Assembly (NCBI GenBank): GCA_965219685.1
Contig: CBDCOH010000002.1
Span: forward strand, 1,056,001-1,120,000
Direction: 5' to 3'
Source: Candidatus Spongiisociaceae bacterium
Lineage (GTDB): Bacteria; Actinomycetota; Acidimicrobiia; Spongiisociales; Spongiisociaceae
DNA length: 64,000 bases
Below, piece by piece: positions 32,901 through 41,491 of the stretch. The stretch's first letter is position 1, and the number at the start of each line of letters is the position of its first letter. The notes under the pieces were generated by a model. That model saw only the letters and a list, made by a program, of their open reading frames with translations. It did no database searches and had not been told where the DNA came from. Both the position numbers and the translations under genes were made by a program.

Positions 32901-33317
32901 CCCCTCCGGAGAGGGTGCCAGTACCACCAGGTGTTCGGCTCTGCTGCTGTCCGCTAACGGCTTGGTCCGGTGGGTCCGACGGGTTCTCAGACCGTTGCGC
33001 CGGGCACGTTCGTCCGTCGGGATCGGGATACGGGTGGCGTCGCGCCGGGCCGCCTCCTCGAAGGGCGATGCAACTCCCTCGTCGGGTGAACCGATGGGCG
33101 GGAGCGAGAGTTCCACCCCGTACGCAGACGGCAATCCGATCTCCCTGGCGGCCTGCCAGAACCGCACCAAACCGTAGAAACCGTCATGGTCGGTGATCGC
33201 CAGAGCCTCGTACCCGAGTTTCGCGGCCCGTTCCACCATCCGTTCGGGCTGCGAAGCCCCGTCCAGGAACGAGAAGTTGGAATGGGCATGCAGTTCGGCA
33301 TAACGCGGACCCTTCAT
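29976..33317 (-). CDS. dnaE2: Error-prone DNA polymerase III alpha subunit DnaE2
   Basis: YAELHAHSNFSFLDGAS PHP domain, PPDIDLD, PRHLGIHSGG, QWDKDD, FGFPESH, C-terminal ARNFR (SRDFR-type). Confidence 0.97.
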   Translation of the reverse strand: MKGPRYAELHAHSNFSFLDGASQPERMVERAAKLGYEALAITDHDGFYGLVRFWQAAREIGLPSAYGVELSLPPIGSPDEGVASPFEEAARRDATRIPIPTDERARRNGLRTRRTHRTKPLADSSRAEHLVVLAPSPEGYARLSRLVSLAQLRGEKDRPVYRWEDLANAAAKGGLVALTGCGMGAVPRAAQRGDEVAALRAASRLREIFGQRLHIELWDHRMPEDDRRNDLLWEIAARLNLPAVATNNVHYADRRDADLSEVLAAIGGRRSLTEHDGFRPATDERYLKSPDEMAARFRKYPGAVEQAASLGREMAFDLRLVAPRLPDFPMPDRFRSEMDYLRHLTFQGARKVYPDGGGGVEAGAVARLTYELDVIHRLGFPGYFLVVWDIVNFARDQDIMCQIRGSGADSAVCRCLDLTRVDPIRLGLPFERFLSEERGRPPDIDLDLEAERREEVIQYCYRRYGRERAAMVANVITYRARSVLKDVAKAFGFTQAQADGMTRYVDTHAPTELPLEDPLPAGLTAELVYDICRRLDGFPRHLGIHSGGMVIADRPLWQVVPVEWGRMENRTVLQWDKDDCAAMGIVKFDLLGLGMLNALHLTVDIIEDAHGDRIDLATVPQEPAVYEMLTRADTVGLFQVESRAQMATLPRLKPRTFYDLAVQVALIRPGPIQGASVHPYLRRRNGKEPVRYPHPLARPILERTLGVPVFQEQLMELARVCAGFDGGQSDRLRSAMTHKRSDEAMAQLEEEVFEGMRSKGVTGAAAREIWEKLQGFASFGFPESHSVSFAYIVYMSAWLRYHYPAEFLVGLLNAQPMGFYSPNSLVQDALRHGVVVLDPDVNRSLEECTVEPHACAEEDIVEHFGMRWRRGRGPVEDAIREPVAARLGLGYVRNLGEAEARRILAARQIGGAFSDPTEFAHRTGLAVDTLEGLAAAGAFGSFGISPRQGMWMAGAMAGAGPERLPLVPGLDPPRLAPMKDREVHQASLWATGVSVKHPMHFARPRLAELGCIPVAEALEIRRNGVRIEVGGVVTHRQRPATSRGIVFFNLEDETGLLNVVVLPEIWMEHRRVARRNPGLIIRGILEYRDGVTNLVARGFTPLPTDRLQARNFR

Positions 33318-33339
33318 TCCCCCAGGCTAGTCAATCTAC

Positions 33340-33353
33340 CGAACACATGTTCG
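33340..33353. promoter_or_regulatory. LexA (SOS) box CGAACACATGTTCG upstream of dnaE2
   Basis: Matches the actinobacterial/Firmicutes CGAAC-N4-GTTCG consensus; lies upstream of a TAGCCT-N6-ATG leaderless-type start. Confidence 0.93.
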
Positions 33354-33436
33354 ATCAATCCAAAGCCTTCTGTAGTGGGTATGGGGGAGGATCCAAGCCC
33401 GTAGCCCTCACCGTAAAGGCCTTCATTGGGCTAATG

Positions 33437-33480
33437 GGCCTATAATACACTTAATATTTATGCTAATATGAATATAGGCC
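33437..33480. promoter_or_regulatory. AT-rich inverted repeat GGCCTATA-N28-TATAGGCC containing TATAAT
   Basis: Seen directly upstream of the AAA ATPase; probable promoter/operator. Confidence 0.55.
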
Positions 33481-33499
33481 ACAGAGGTATGGGGAGCTG

Positions 33500-34936
33500 A
33501 TGGTTATGTGGGAACCGGCGCCCGAGGATCTGATCAGGGTTGTCAGCGAGCAGAACCCTTGGCGCTTGCTGGGTCGTGTGCCGTCGTCACTGGCTCCCCC
33601 GACGGAACGACCACTGGCATCCTCGCTATGGAAGCGGCTCCTCAGTGACCGGCCGAGACGCTACCAGTTGATACTGGGACCGCGCCGGGTTGGCAAGACT
33701 ACGGTTCTCTACCAGACGGTCCGCCACCTCCTAAACGAAGGTGTCAACCCTGGGCACATTTGGTGGCTGCGGATGGACCACCCGCTATTGATGCCGTTCG
33801 CCCTCGGTTCGATCGTACGTTCAGCGATGGATGTCCTGGATGCCGATGACGCGGCGCCGCTGTATCTGATGCTCGACGAGTTGGTGTACGCCAAGGACTG
33901 GGATCTGTGGCTTAAGACGTTCTACGACGAGCGATGGCCGGTACGGGTGGCCGCCACTTCCAGTGCTACCGCCGCGCTACGCGAGCGCCGATCAGAAAGC
34001 GGTGTGGGTAGGTGGTCAGAACGGTATCTAACTCCCTACCAATTCCCCGAATACCTTGACCTGGTGGGTCAGCGCTACGAAATCGACCCCGGTCGGACCC
34101 TCGCCGAGACGCTCCGATCCTTGCGGCAAGGCCGGTACGCCAATCTCGACCTTGTTGCGGCGCGCCGCAGGTTCATGCTGGTAGGAGGATTTCCCGAACT
34201 GCTCGCTGCCGACCGTGCAAGGGAACGCCCCGATGAGGATATCGTCCTCGAGTCTCAGCAGATCCTACGAAGCGACGCGGTAGAACGGGCTGTATACAAA
34301 GATATCCCCCAATCGTTCGGTGTCGACAACCCGATCCTGTTGGAGAGACTGTTGTACGTGCTGGCAGCACAGATGGTCGGGATACTGTCTCCTTCCAAGA
34401 TCAGCCGCGAGTTGGGTATGTCACAGCCCACCTTCGATCGGTACCTGTCGTACCTTGAACGTGCTTTCTTGGTGTTTACTCTCCCTAACTACTCGGGGCG
34501 GGAGGCAACCGTCCAGAAGAGGGGGCGTAAGCTGTACTTCTACGACGGTGCGGTCCGCAACGCTGCCCTCCAGCGGGGCCTAGCCGTGCTTGACAATCCC
34601 ACCGAACTCGGATTCCTGATCGAGAACCTCGTTGCCGCCTCGCTGCAGGCACACGCCCTACGCTCAGGAGTCCGTCTGCACCATTGGCGCGAAGGCAACA
34701 ACGAAGTTGACCTGATATACGCCCACCCGACGCAGCCGCTCGCGTTCGAGATAGCGTCCTCCCCTGGCCACAGCCGTTCAGGACTTCACCATCTCATCCA
34801 AAGGCACCATCGATTTAGGGGAGGTTGCTATCTGGTAGCACCCCAAGCCTCCGTCATCCATCCGGACGAGACCGGGATCGGCACCTTACCCCTCGACATC
34901 TTCCTGCTCGCCATCGGTACCCAATCCAATCCATAA
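33500..34936 (+). CDS. AAA_14 ATPase with HTH and DUF4143 (PD-(D/E)XK-like) C-terminus
   Basis: QNPW, GPRRVGKTT, LDE, GGFPE, KLYFYD, ENLV, EVDLI..FEI. Confidence 0.88.
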   Translation: MVMWEPAPEDLIRVVSEQNPWRLLGRVPSSLAPPTERPLASSLWKRLLSDRPRRYQLILGPRRVGKTTVLYQTVRHLLNEGVNPGHIWWLRMDHPLLMPFALGSIVRSAMDVLDADDAAPLYLMLDELVYAKDWDLWLKTFYDERWPVRVAATSSATAALRERRSESGVGRWSERYLTPYQFPEYLDLVGQRYEIDPGRTLAETLRSLRQGRYANLDLVAARRRFMLVGGFPELLAADRARERPDEDIVLESQQILRSDAVERAVYKDIPQSFGVDNPILLERLLYVLAAQMVGILSPSKISRELGMSQPTFDRYLSYLERAFLVFTLPNYSGREATVQKRGRKLYFYDGAVRNAALQRGLAVLDNPTELGFLIENLVAASLQAHALRSGVRLHHWREGNNEVDLIYAHPTQPLAFEIASSPGHSRSGLHHLIQRHHRFRGGCYLVAPQASVIHPDETGIGTLPLDIFLLAIGTQSNP

Positions 34937-34955
34937 GCAGGCACCTGGCACCTGA

Positions 34956-36422
34956 TCAGTCGTAGAGGCCGACTATGGAGACCTGTTCGCCGGTTACGCG
35001 GCATAGCATGGCGCCTGCCGAGGTGACGATCTGGTAGAGGTCGCTCGGCTCCTCCTCGGCCCACCACCGGCCCATCCTTCGCCACGGACCCGCCCAGGCC
35101 ACCACCGGTTCCCACCGGCTGGCCAGGCGTACCCGGGTCGGGATGCCGGCGTCCCATTCCACATCCAGGTGTTGGGGACGGGGTGGCACCAGGCTCGGCG
35201 ACGGTTTGGGAACCTTTCCCGGCCATGGGGAACCGGGGTTACGTGCCGGTTCGGGGAACTCCTCCCCCCAGCGTGTCCACTGCACCCGCTCGGCGGGATC
35301 CCGCCCGCCCTGGGGCCGCGCCTCCAGCACCGAGTCCGGACCCAGGATGGTCCGGGTTCTCTCCAGCGCCCGTTCCGCCTCGATCCGCGCCGCGGTCGCC
35401 TCGAACAGTCCCGGCTGGTATCCCTCGTCGGACAGGTCGGCCGGGGCGAGCTTCAGGCGGGCCAGACCGCCCGGCACCCCGCCGGTCTCGGTCCATGCGC
35501 GGAGTTGCCACCAGACCCGTTCGGCCAGCGCCCGGTCGTCGAACGGTTCGGCACTCCTCCATATCCGCGATCGTGTGACCCCTTCGGCTGCTTCCGCTTC
35601 CACCTCCACCCGATGGGGCGCGATCCGGTGCTGTTCCAGCAAGCTCATTAGAACCCCGGCCAGGTGGCGGGCGGCGAATCCCACCTGCTCGAGTAGGAGG
35701 AGCGGCTCCTCGAATACCCGCTCGACCACCAGGTCGGGTGGGATGGGCCGCGGCGCGACCATCCGGTCCTCGCCGCTCGCCAGCCGGTGTGCCTTCAAGC
35801 CAGGAACGCCGAATCGGGAGGCCACTGCGTCGCGCGGAAGGGCTGCCAGGCCGCCGAGAGTGGTGACCCCCAGCCACCGGAAGGTGGCGATCAGTTCGTC
35901 GGTGGCCAAAGCGGATATGTCCAGCCCGGCCAGGAAGGCCCGGTCATCCTCCACGATCAGCTTCGATCGGGCGGATCGGGCGGCCCAGTACGCCGCGAAG
36001 GGACCTCCTGCCACCCCGAACCGGCCTCCGTCCGCCAGACGACCCACAGCCCCGGCTACCCGGTCCACCACAGCCTTCTCCCCGCCGTAGTAACGGATCG
36101 CTCCGTCGATCCGGATGAAGATCCAACCGGGTTCTATCACCTCGACTCGGGGAATCAGGTCCTCGACGGCAGCCAGTAGCGGTTCGAAGCGGCGTGTCTC
36201 ATCGGCCGGGTCGCGATCTAGGGACAGAGCCGTCGGGCAGAGCGCCTCGGCGGTACGACGCGCCATACCGGCCTTCACCCCCGCCTCCCGCGCCGGGGCG
36301 TTGACGGCCGCCACCAGGGAGCGGCCGTCCCGGGTTCCTACTACGAAGGCCGGTCTACCCGGCGGCGCGTCCGGCCTGCGGAGCACCCAGTCCGGAAACC
36401 ATACGCACAGGATGCGAGCCAT
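34956..36422 (-). CDS. imuB: Y-family polymerase-like mutasome scaffold ImuB
   Basis: CVWFPDW, AREAGVKAGM..AEALCP, LGVTTLG, WAGPW..RWW; lacks catalytic acidic residues. Confidence 0.92.
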   Translation of the reverse strand: MARILCVWFPDWVLRRPDAPPGRPAFVVGTRDGRSLVAAVNAPAREAGVKAGMARRTAEALCPTALSLDRDPADETRRFEPLLAAVEDLIPRVEVIEPGWIFIRIDGAIRYYGGEKAVVDRVAGAVGRLADGGRFGVAGGPFAAYWAARSARSKLIVEDDRAFLAGLDISALATDELIATFRWLGVTTLGGLAALPRDAVASRFGVPGLKAHRLASGEDRMVAPRPIPPDLVVERVFEEPLLLLEQVGFAARHLAGVLMSLLEQHRIAPHRVEVEAEAAEGVTRSRIWRSAEPFDDRALAERVWWQLRAWTETGGVPGGLARLKLAPADLSDEGYQPGLFEATAARIEAERALERTRTILGPDSVLEARPQGGRDPAERVQWTRWGEEFPEPARNPGSPWPGKVPKPSPSLVPPRPQHLDVEWDAGIPTRVRLASRWEPVVAWAGPWRRMGRWWAEEEPSDLYQIVTSAGAMLCRVTGEQVSIVGLYD

Positions 36423-37002
36423 CGTCCTCCACCTCCACCACGACCCGCCGACCCGCGGCGCCCTTCCCGGATAGCTCGAGGATCAGGGTGCGGCGGTCCA
36501 AGCGTCCATGTCCCCTCCCGGCGCCTTCCCATACCTCCTGGGCCACCTGCACACGCAGGTAGGCCAACCCGGGGGGGAGCCGGCCCGCCAGCGGGCGCAG
36601 GATCACCATTGCGTCTCGGGTCCGTGTCTTGGCGCCGAGGCGTCGCAACACCGAGTCCCGGATGCCACCGGGAACTTCGGCATAGATCGCCTTGACCCCG
36701 TCGAGCAGGGCGGCGACGGCACGTGGCCACCGGGCCGGGTCGTCGCATCGCACGACCGTCAGCCCGTCGGGCGGGATACCCACCTCCCACGCCGACAGGG
36801 GGCATATCCACCCCCGGGCGTCCACCACCACCCGATGCGGATGCGGCGTCCCGGCCAGCATCGAGAAGCCGACCCGGGTAAGACCCGAGCCCGTGGATCC
36901 TTCCAACCCGACGACGCGCCCGGGTTGGATAGCCAGCAGGTCGGTGTTTCCCCGTACCGGCATGGCCGGCACCGTCACTACCGCCGCCGCACTACGAGCC
37001 AT
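36355..37002 (-). CDS. imuA: ImuA'-like RecA-fold accessory protein
   Basis: Degenerate P-loop GSTGSGLT, AVAALLDG, RRLGAKTR; directly upstream of imuB and behind a LexA box. Confidence 0.82.
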   Translation of the reverse strand: MARSAAAVVTVPAMPVRGNTDLLAIQPGRVVGLEGSTGSGLTRVGFSMLAGTPHPHRVVVDARGWICPLSAWEVGIPPDGLTVVRCDDPARWPRAVAALLDGVKAIYAEVPGGIRDSVLRRLGAKTRTRDAMVILRPLAGRLPPGLAYLRVQVAQEVWEGAGRGHGRLDRRTLILELSGKGAAGRRVVVEVEDDGSHPVRMVSGLGAPQAGRAAG

Positions 37003-37066
37003 TGTCTACCTGTTTCTCCTGGTGGCGCCTACTCCCCCGCCATCCGACAGGACCGCACAGTATAGA

Positions 37067-37080
37067 CGAACATATGTTCG
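37067..37080. promoter_or_regulatory. LexA (SOS) box CGAACATATGTTCG upstream of imuA
   Basis: Perfect palindrome, 2 nt from the TATACT -10 (37059-37064, minus strand). Confidence 0.95.
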
Positions 37081-37082
37081 GT

Positions 37083-37110
37083 GAATGGTGAATGGTGAAT
37101 GGTGAATGGT
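37083..37110. repeat. (GAATGGT)4 array abutting the imuA LexA box
   Basis: Counted directly; an imperfect inverted copy ccaccaattcac follows at 37121-37132. Confidence 0.95.
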
Positions 37111-37131
37111 GTGCCGATCGCCACCAATTCA

Positions 37132-37884
37132 CTAAATCTCAGCTAGGCGCTCCAGTCCCAGGCGGATCATCCATTCGCTGATGAGGCTTGACAGGTCGGT
37201 GATCCTCCCGGTGATGAACAGCCATCCGAACACGATCATGAGAAGTCCCGAGACCACGTTGATCTTGCGGAGGTGACGCTGGAGCAGCCGGATACCGGAG
37301 TAGACCTTGGTCACCCCTATGCCGGCCGCGATGAACGGTATCCCCATGCCCATCGAGAAGAGGAACAGCAGGAACATTCCTCTCACGACCGTCTCCTGGG
37401 TTGCGGCCTGGGTGAGGATGGCGGCGAGGACAGGGCCGATGCACGGCGTCCATCCGAACCCGAACGCCATACCCATAACGAGAGGTGCCCATCCTCCAAG
37501 ACGGGATGGACGGACCTCGAGCCGGCGTTCCCTCGCCAGAAAGGCCAAGCGTGGCGAGTTGCCCAGTGCCATCACCAAGATGACCAACCCGAACAGCACG
37601 ATGAGCCATCCCGCCACCTGCGTGATGAGGGTCTTGTTCCGGAGCAACAGGCCTGCGATCGAGGTGGCCCCGGCACCGAGCAGTACGAACACCACGGTCA
37701 GGCCTGCTACGAACAGCGCGGTGACCCGCAGCATCCGGACGGTCGAGGCTTTCCCTTGCTGGAGTTCGGCCACCGAATACCCGGACATGAGGCCCAGGTA
37801 GCCCGGAAGCAGGGGAAGGACGCAGGGTGATACGAATGAGAGAGCCCCGAACACGAAGGCACTCAGGAAACTGGCTGGTTCCAC
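37132..37884 (-). CDS. ccdA: Cytochrome c biogenesis protein CcdA
   Basis: SFVSPCVLPLLPGY and FGWTPCIGPVL. Confidence 0.93.
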   Translation of the reverse strand: MEPASFLSAFVFGALSFVSPCVLPLLPGYLGLMSGYSVAELQQGKASTVRMLRVTALFVAGLTVVFVLLGAGATSIAGLLLRNKTLITQVAGWLIVLFGLVILVMALGNSPRLAFLARERRLEVRPSRLGGWAPLVMGMAFGFGWTPCIGPVLAAILTQAATQETVVRGMFLLFLFSMGMGIPFIAAGIGVTKVYSGIRLLQRHLRKINVVSGLLMIVFGWLFITGRITDLSSLISEWMIRLGLERLAEI

Positions 37885-38095
37885 ATTCCTCTCCGAAGGC
37901 TGGCCGGGTTTGTTGCCATGCTCTCATCTTTGCAGGTGGGACGATCAACCGGTGAATGCCGGGCCGCCGGCGGCGGGCTCCGCGGGAGTGTAAGCCTCAC
38001 TAACCTACGTACATGGCCCAAGCCATACCGACGCGCCTCGGCACCCGGGCCGATCCCACCCCCCGCGATCCGGCGGAACCCCGGCAGATGACACC

Positions 38096-39328
38096 ATGAT
38101 CGGTCGCCTGATCCGGCTGTTCGGCCCGGTATCCGGGTACCGGCGCCAGGATCGTCGCCTGCTCGGTCTGATGTACCTGGTCGGCCTCTTCCAGGGCTAC
38201 GCGCAGACCCAGGCCGTGAACACCCTCCCGTTCGTCCGGATCGCCTTCGGGTTGAGCGGGGCGGAGATGAGCCGCCTGTTCGCCATCGCTCGGATCGGCG
38301 CCCTGGTCGCCGTGGTGTACGCGGTGCTGGGTGATCGGTGGGGACGCCGCGGCCCCTTCCTGCTCTCCTACCTGATGCTGCTCCTGGCGACGGGCGCCAC
38401 CGCCTTCGCCGTTGCGCCTTCCCTCTACGCCGCTCTCCAGATCTTGGCCAGGATGGGATCGGCTGCGATGGCGATGCTGGCCACCGTCCTGCTGGCCGAG
38501 CAGGTTCGCTGGGACAACCGGGCATGGGCGATCAGTTTCTACGCCACCGCGGTCGCCCTCGGATCGGGTGCCGGCCTTCTGGCGCTCCCGCTGGCGCAGA
38601 TGAACGAGAATGGCTGGCGGTTGCTCTTCGGTGCGTCGGTTCTCGGCCTGCCGTGCTACTTCCTCTTGAGCATGCGGTTGGGAGAGAGCCAGATCTTCCG
38701 GTACACGGAACGTCACACCCTCTTCATATACCCGCTGATCGGCCGCTACGCCGGACGGTTCTGGCTGGCTGCCCTCTACGGCCTGTCCATCAGCGCTTTC
38801 TCGGCGGTAGCTGTCACGTTCGCATTCGAACGGCTGGTCAACGAGTTGGGCCTCGCGAGTGCGGAGGCGGCACGGATCATGCTGATCGGAGGTACTGCCG
38901 GCGGCGCCGGCTACTTCCTGGGAGCCAGGATGGCGGACGCACTCGGCCGCAAGCCGACCATCATCGCGGCCCTCCTCACCGGTCTGGCGGGCGGGGTGGG
39001 TTTCTACTGGTGGACCAGTCCCAACCTGCTGCTGGTGTTCACGGCGCTCTCGGCATTCGGCAGTTCGGCCGCGATACCCGTCAGTGCCGCCCAGCGCACC
39101 GAACTGTTCCCCACCGAGATACGCGCCACCGCCAACCAGTGGCTCCACTCGGTGGCTGTGCTGGGATCGATCCTAGGCCTTTCGATCGCCGCCTACACGA
39201 TCGATCTGTGGAACCTGTCCCTCACGGTCACCGCGCTCGGGTCGGGTGTGGTGCTGGCTGTCATCCTCCAGACGTTGATTCCCGAGACGCTCGGAAACGA
39301 GATGGGTCAGGTGACCACCCGAACGTAG
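38096..39328 (+). CDS. MFS transporter
   Basis: About 12 hydrophobic segments; GDRWGRR, ADALGRK, ELFPTEIRATA. Confidence 0.9.
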   Translation: MIGRLIRLFGPVSGYRRQDRRLLGLMYLVGLFQGYAQTQAVNTLPFVRIAFGLSGAEMSRLFAIARIGALVAVVYAVLGDRWGRRGPFLLSYLMLLLATGATAFAVAPSLYAALQILARMGSAAMAMLATVLLAEQVRWDNRAWAISFYATAVALGSGAGLLALPLAQMNENGWRLLFGASVLGLPCYFLLSMRLGESQIFRYTERHTLFIYPLIGRYAGRFWLAALYGLSISAFSAVAVTFAFERLVNELGLASAEAARIMLIGGTAGGAGYFLGARMADALGRKPTIIAALLTGLAGGVGFYWWTSPNLLLVFTALSAFGSSAAIPVSAAQRTELFPTEIRATANQWLHSVAVLGSILGLSIAAYTIDLWNLSLTVTALGSGVVLAVILQTLIPETLGNEMGQVTTRT

Positions 39329-40587
39329 CGCCAAGCCAGCGGTAGGAGCCGCGCCAGCATGAATACCACCAGCGCCATCCAGATCCCGCCGATGGATGTC
39401 GCGGTGACCAGCAGGACGCAGGTGAGGGCGGAAGCTCCTGTCATTGCCACCGCGAGGAACCTGAAGTCGGCGGCGCCGATCATGATGCCGTCGAGGACGA
39501 ACACCACGCTGTTCAGGGGCTGGCTGATGGCCACGATGGGCATCAGCGAGGCAACCATGATGATGACCGACCGGTCGGAGGTGAACCAGCCTGGGAGGAG
39601 GTCGCGCAGCAGCCAGAAGGACACCGCCAGCACGACTCCCCACACGACACCCCACACCAGCATCCGTCTGGACAGTCGCCGGGTTGAGTTCCGATCTCTC
39701 GCCAGATGAGCTGCGACGAGGTTCTGGGCGGCGATGGCGACGGAGTCGACCACCAGGGATAGGAAGAACCAGATCTGCGCTGCCACCTGGTGGGCAGCCA
39801 CCTGGCTGACCCCGAGACGGGCAGCAGAAGCGGTTGCAACGGTGAGGGTCGCCACGAGCAGCAGGGTCCGGATCAAGAGGGACGATCCGGCGCTGACCAA
39901 CTCCCTCATATCCTCCCAGCGCGGGCGGATCCAGCGGATCGGCAGACCGGTGTGACCCGTGACGAACAGGTAGGAGAATGCTGCCGCACCGGCGGACTGG
40001 GCTACGACGGATGCGTAGCCGGCGCCGACCAGACCCCATCCGAGCCCGAATATCAGGATCGGGTCCAGTACCACGTTGATCAGGCTCAATCCGAGGCTGA
40101 CGAACATCGGGGTCCGGGTGTCTCCGAGCCCGCGGTACACCGCGTGACCGACCGTTAGCGCAAGCAGGGCCGGAAGGCCGAGCCCGCGGATACGTAGGTA
40201 CGTCACGGCCGCCCGTTCCACCTGCGGGGCCGCGCCCATCAGCCGTACCAGTTGCGGCGCGGTGGTCTCGATCACCAGCAGGCCCGCGACGACCAGCAGG
40301 GCCGCGATCAGGATCGACTGGCCCGCCAACACCGCGGCCCGATCCCGGTGCCCGGCCCCGACGGCTGCGGCGATCAGTGGAGTGCTTGCGTAAGCCAGCG
40401 CGATGAACACGAAGAAGGCAAGGTTGAGCAACCCGGTGACGACTCCGAGTGCTGCTAGAGGCTCCTGTCCCAAGCGCCCGACGAAGGCGGTGTCCACCAG
40501 CGAGACGAGCGGCTCAGCGGCCAGCGCGCCCAACGCCGGAACCGCCAGCCGGAAGATGGCCCTGTCGTCATCGTTCACCGGGAACAT
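39307..40587 (-). CDS. MATE family efflux transporter (DinF-like)
   Basis: LAVPALGALAAEPLVSLVDTAFVGRLG, RGLGDTRTP, AAHQVA, VLDGIMIGA. Confidence 0.92.
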   Translation of the reverse strand: MFPVNDDDRAIFRLAVPALGALAAEPLVSLVDTAFVGRLGQEPLAALGVVTGLLNLAFFVFIALAYASTPLIAAAVGAGHRDRAAVLAGQSILIAALLVVAGLLVIETTAPQLVRLMGAAPQVERAAVTYLRIRGLGLPALLALTVGHAVYRGLGDTRTPMFVSLGLSLINVVLDPILIFGLGWGLVGAGYASVVAQSAGAAAFSYLFVTGHTGLPIRWIRPRWEDMRELVSAGSSLLIRTLLLVATLTVATASAARLGVSQVAAHQVAAQIWFFLSLVVDSVAIAAQNLVAAHLARDRNSTRRLSRRMLVWGVVWGVVLAVSFWLLRDLLPGWFTSDRSVIIMVASLMPIVAISQPLNSVVFVLDGIMIGAADFRFLAVAMTGASALTCVLLVTATSIGGIWMALVVFMLARLLPLAWRYVRVVT

Positions 40588-40737
40588 CGTGCGGGAGCTT
40601 ATGGTGTCGCGGCGGAAAGCCCGAGTCGACATGATCCCCGGCCGGTCGGGTTGCTGTGGGAGGGGCCGCTGCGTTCCTCGGCTCAGGGTGTCTCAGGAGC
40701 ATCTGTGCGCCCAAACGCGCTCTAACCTTGCACCCGT

Positions 40738-41430
40738 ATGGCGGCAGGCGAGAAGCGGGCGGACGGGACCGTTCCCAGCCCGAAGGAACGGGGCTTTGCT
40801 CGGCGTATCGTGAACCGGCTGGCGATTCGATACCCCGAGATCGGCACCGCGCTGCGCTACGCGAACCCCTTCGAGTTGCTGGTCTCCACAGTGATATCGG
40901 CTCAGACCACGGACGAGAACGTGAACCGCGCCACCCCCCGATTGTTCGCACGGTGGCCGACCCCGGATGACCTGGCTGTGGCCGACCCGGATGAGGTGGA
41001 GCAGGTGATCTTCTCGACCGGTTTCTACAGGCAGAAGACCCGGTCGATCATCGCACTGTCCCAAGACCTCGTGGACCGCTACCACGGAGTGGTCCCGGAC
41101 GACATCGACGAGCTGGTGACCCTCAAGGGGGTGGGCCGCAAGACCGCCTCCGTGGTCCTGGCGGAGGCCTTCGGGCAGCCGGCGATCGCCGTCGACACCC
41201 ATGTGAGGCGGATCACCAACCGGACCGGGCTGACCCGCCACCAGGATCCCACCAAGATCGAGCAGGATCTGAAAGCGCTGGTCCCCAAGCACGAGTGGCA
41301 ACGCCTGTCCATGCGCATCATCCAATTCGGCCGGGACATATGCGAAGCTCGCCGGCCCAAGTGCTGGCGGTGCGACATCCGGAGGCTCTGTCCCTACGAG
41401 CCCAAGACACCGGTTCCGGACTCTTCCTGA
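40738..41430 (+). CDS. nth: Endonuclease III
   Basis: SAQTTD, LKGVGRKTA HhH motif, AVDTHV, C-x6-C-x2-C-x5-C. Confidence 0.96.
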   Translation: MAAGEKRADGTVPSPKERGFARRIVNRLAIRYPEIGTALRYANPFELLVSTVISAQTTDENVNRATPRLFARWPTPDDLAVADPDEVEQVIFSTGFYRQKTRSIIALSQDLVDRYHGVVPDDIDELVTLKGVGRKTASVVLAEAFGQPAIAVDTHVRRITNRTGLTRHQDPTKIEQDLKALVPKHEWQRLSMRIIQFGRDICEARRPKCWRCDIRRLCPYEPKTPVPDSS

Positions 41431-41491
41431 ATTCCCCGGAGCCCGGGACCGGGGGTCCGTGACGGCTCCACGACAGGGTAACGTTCGGCGT

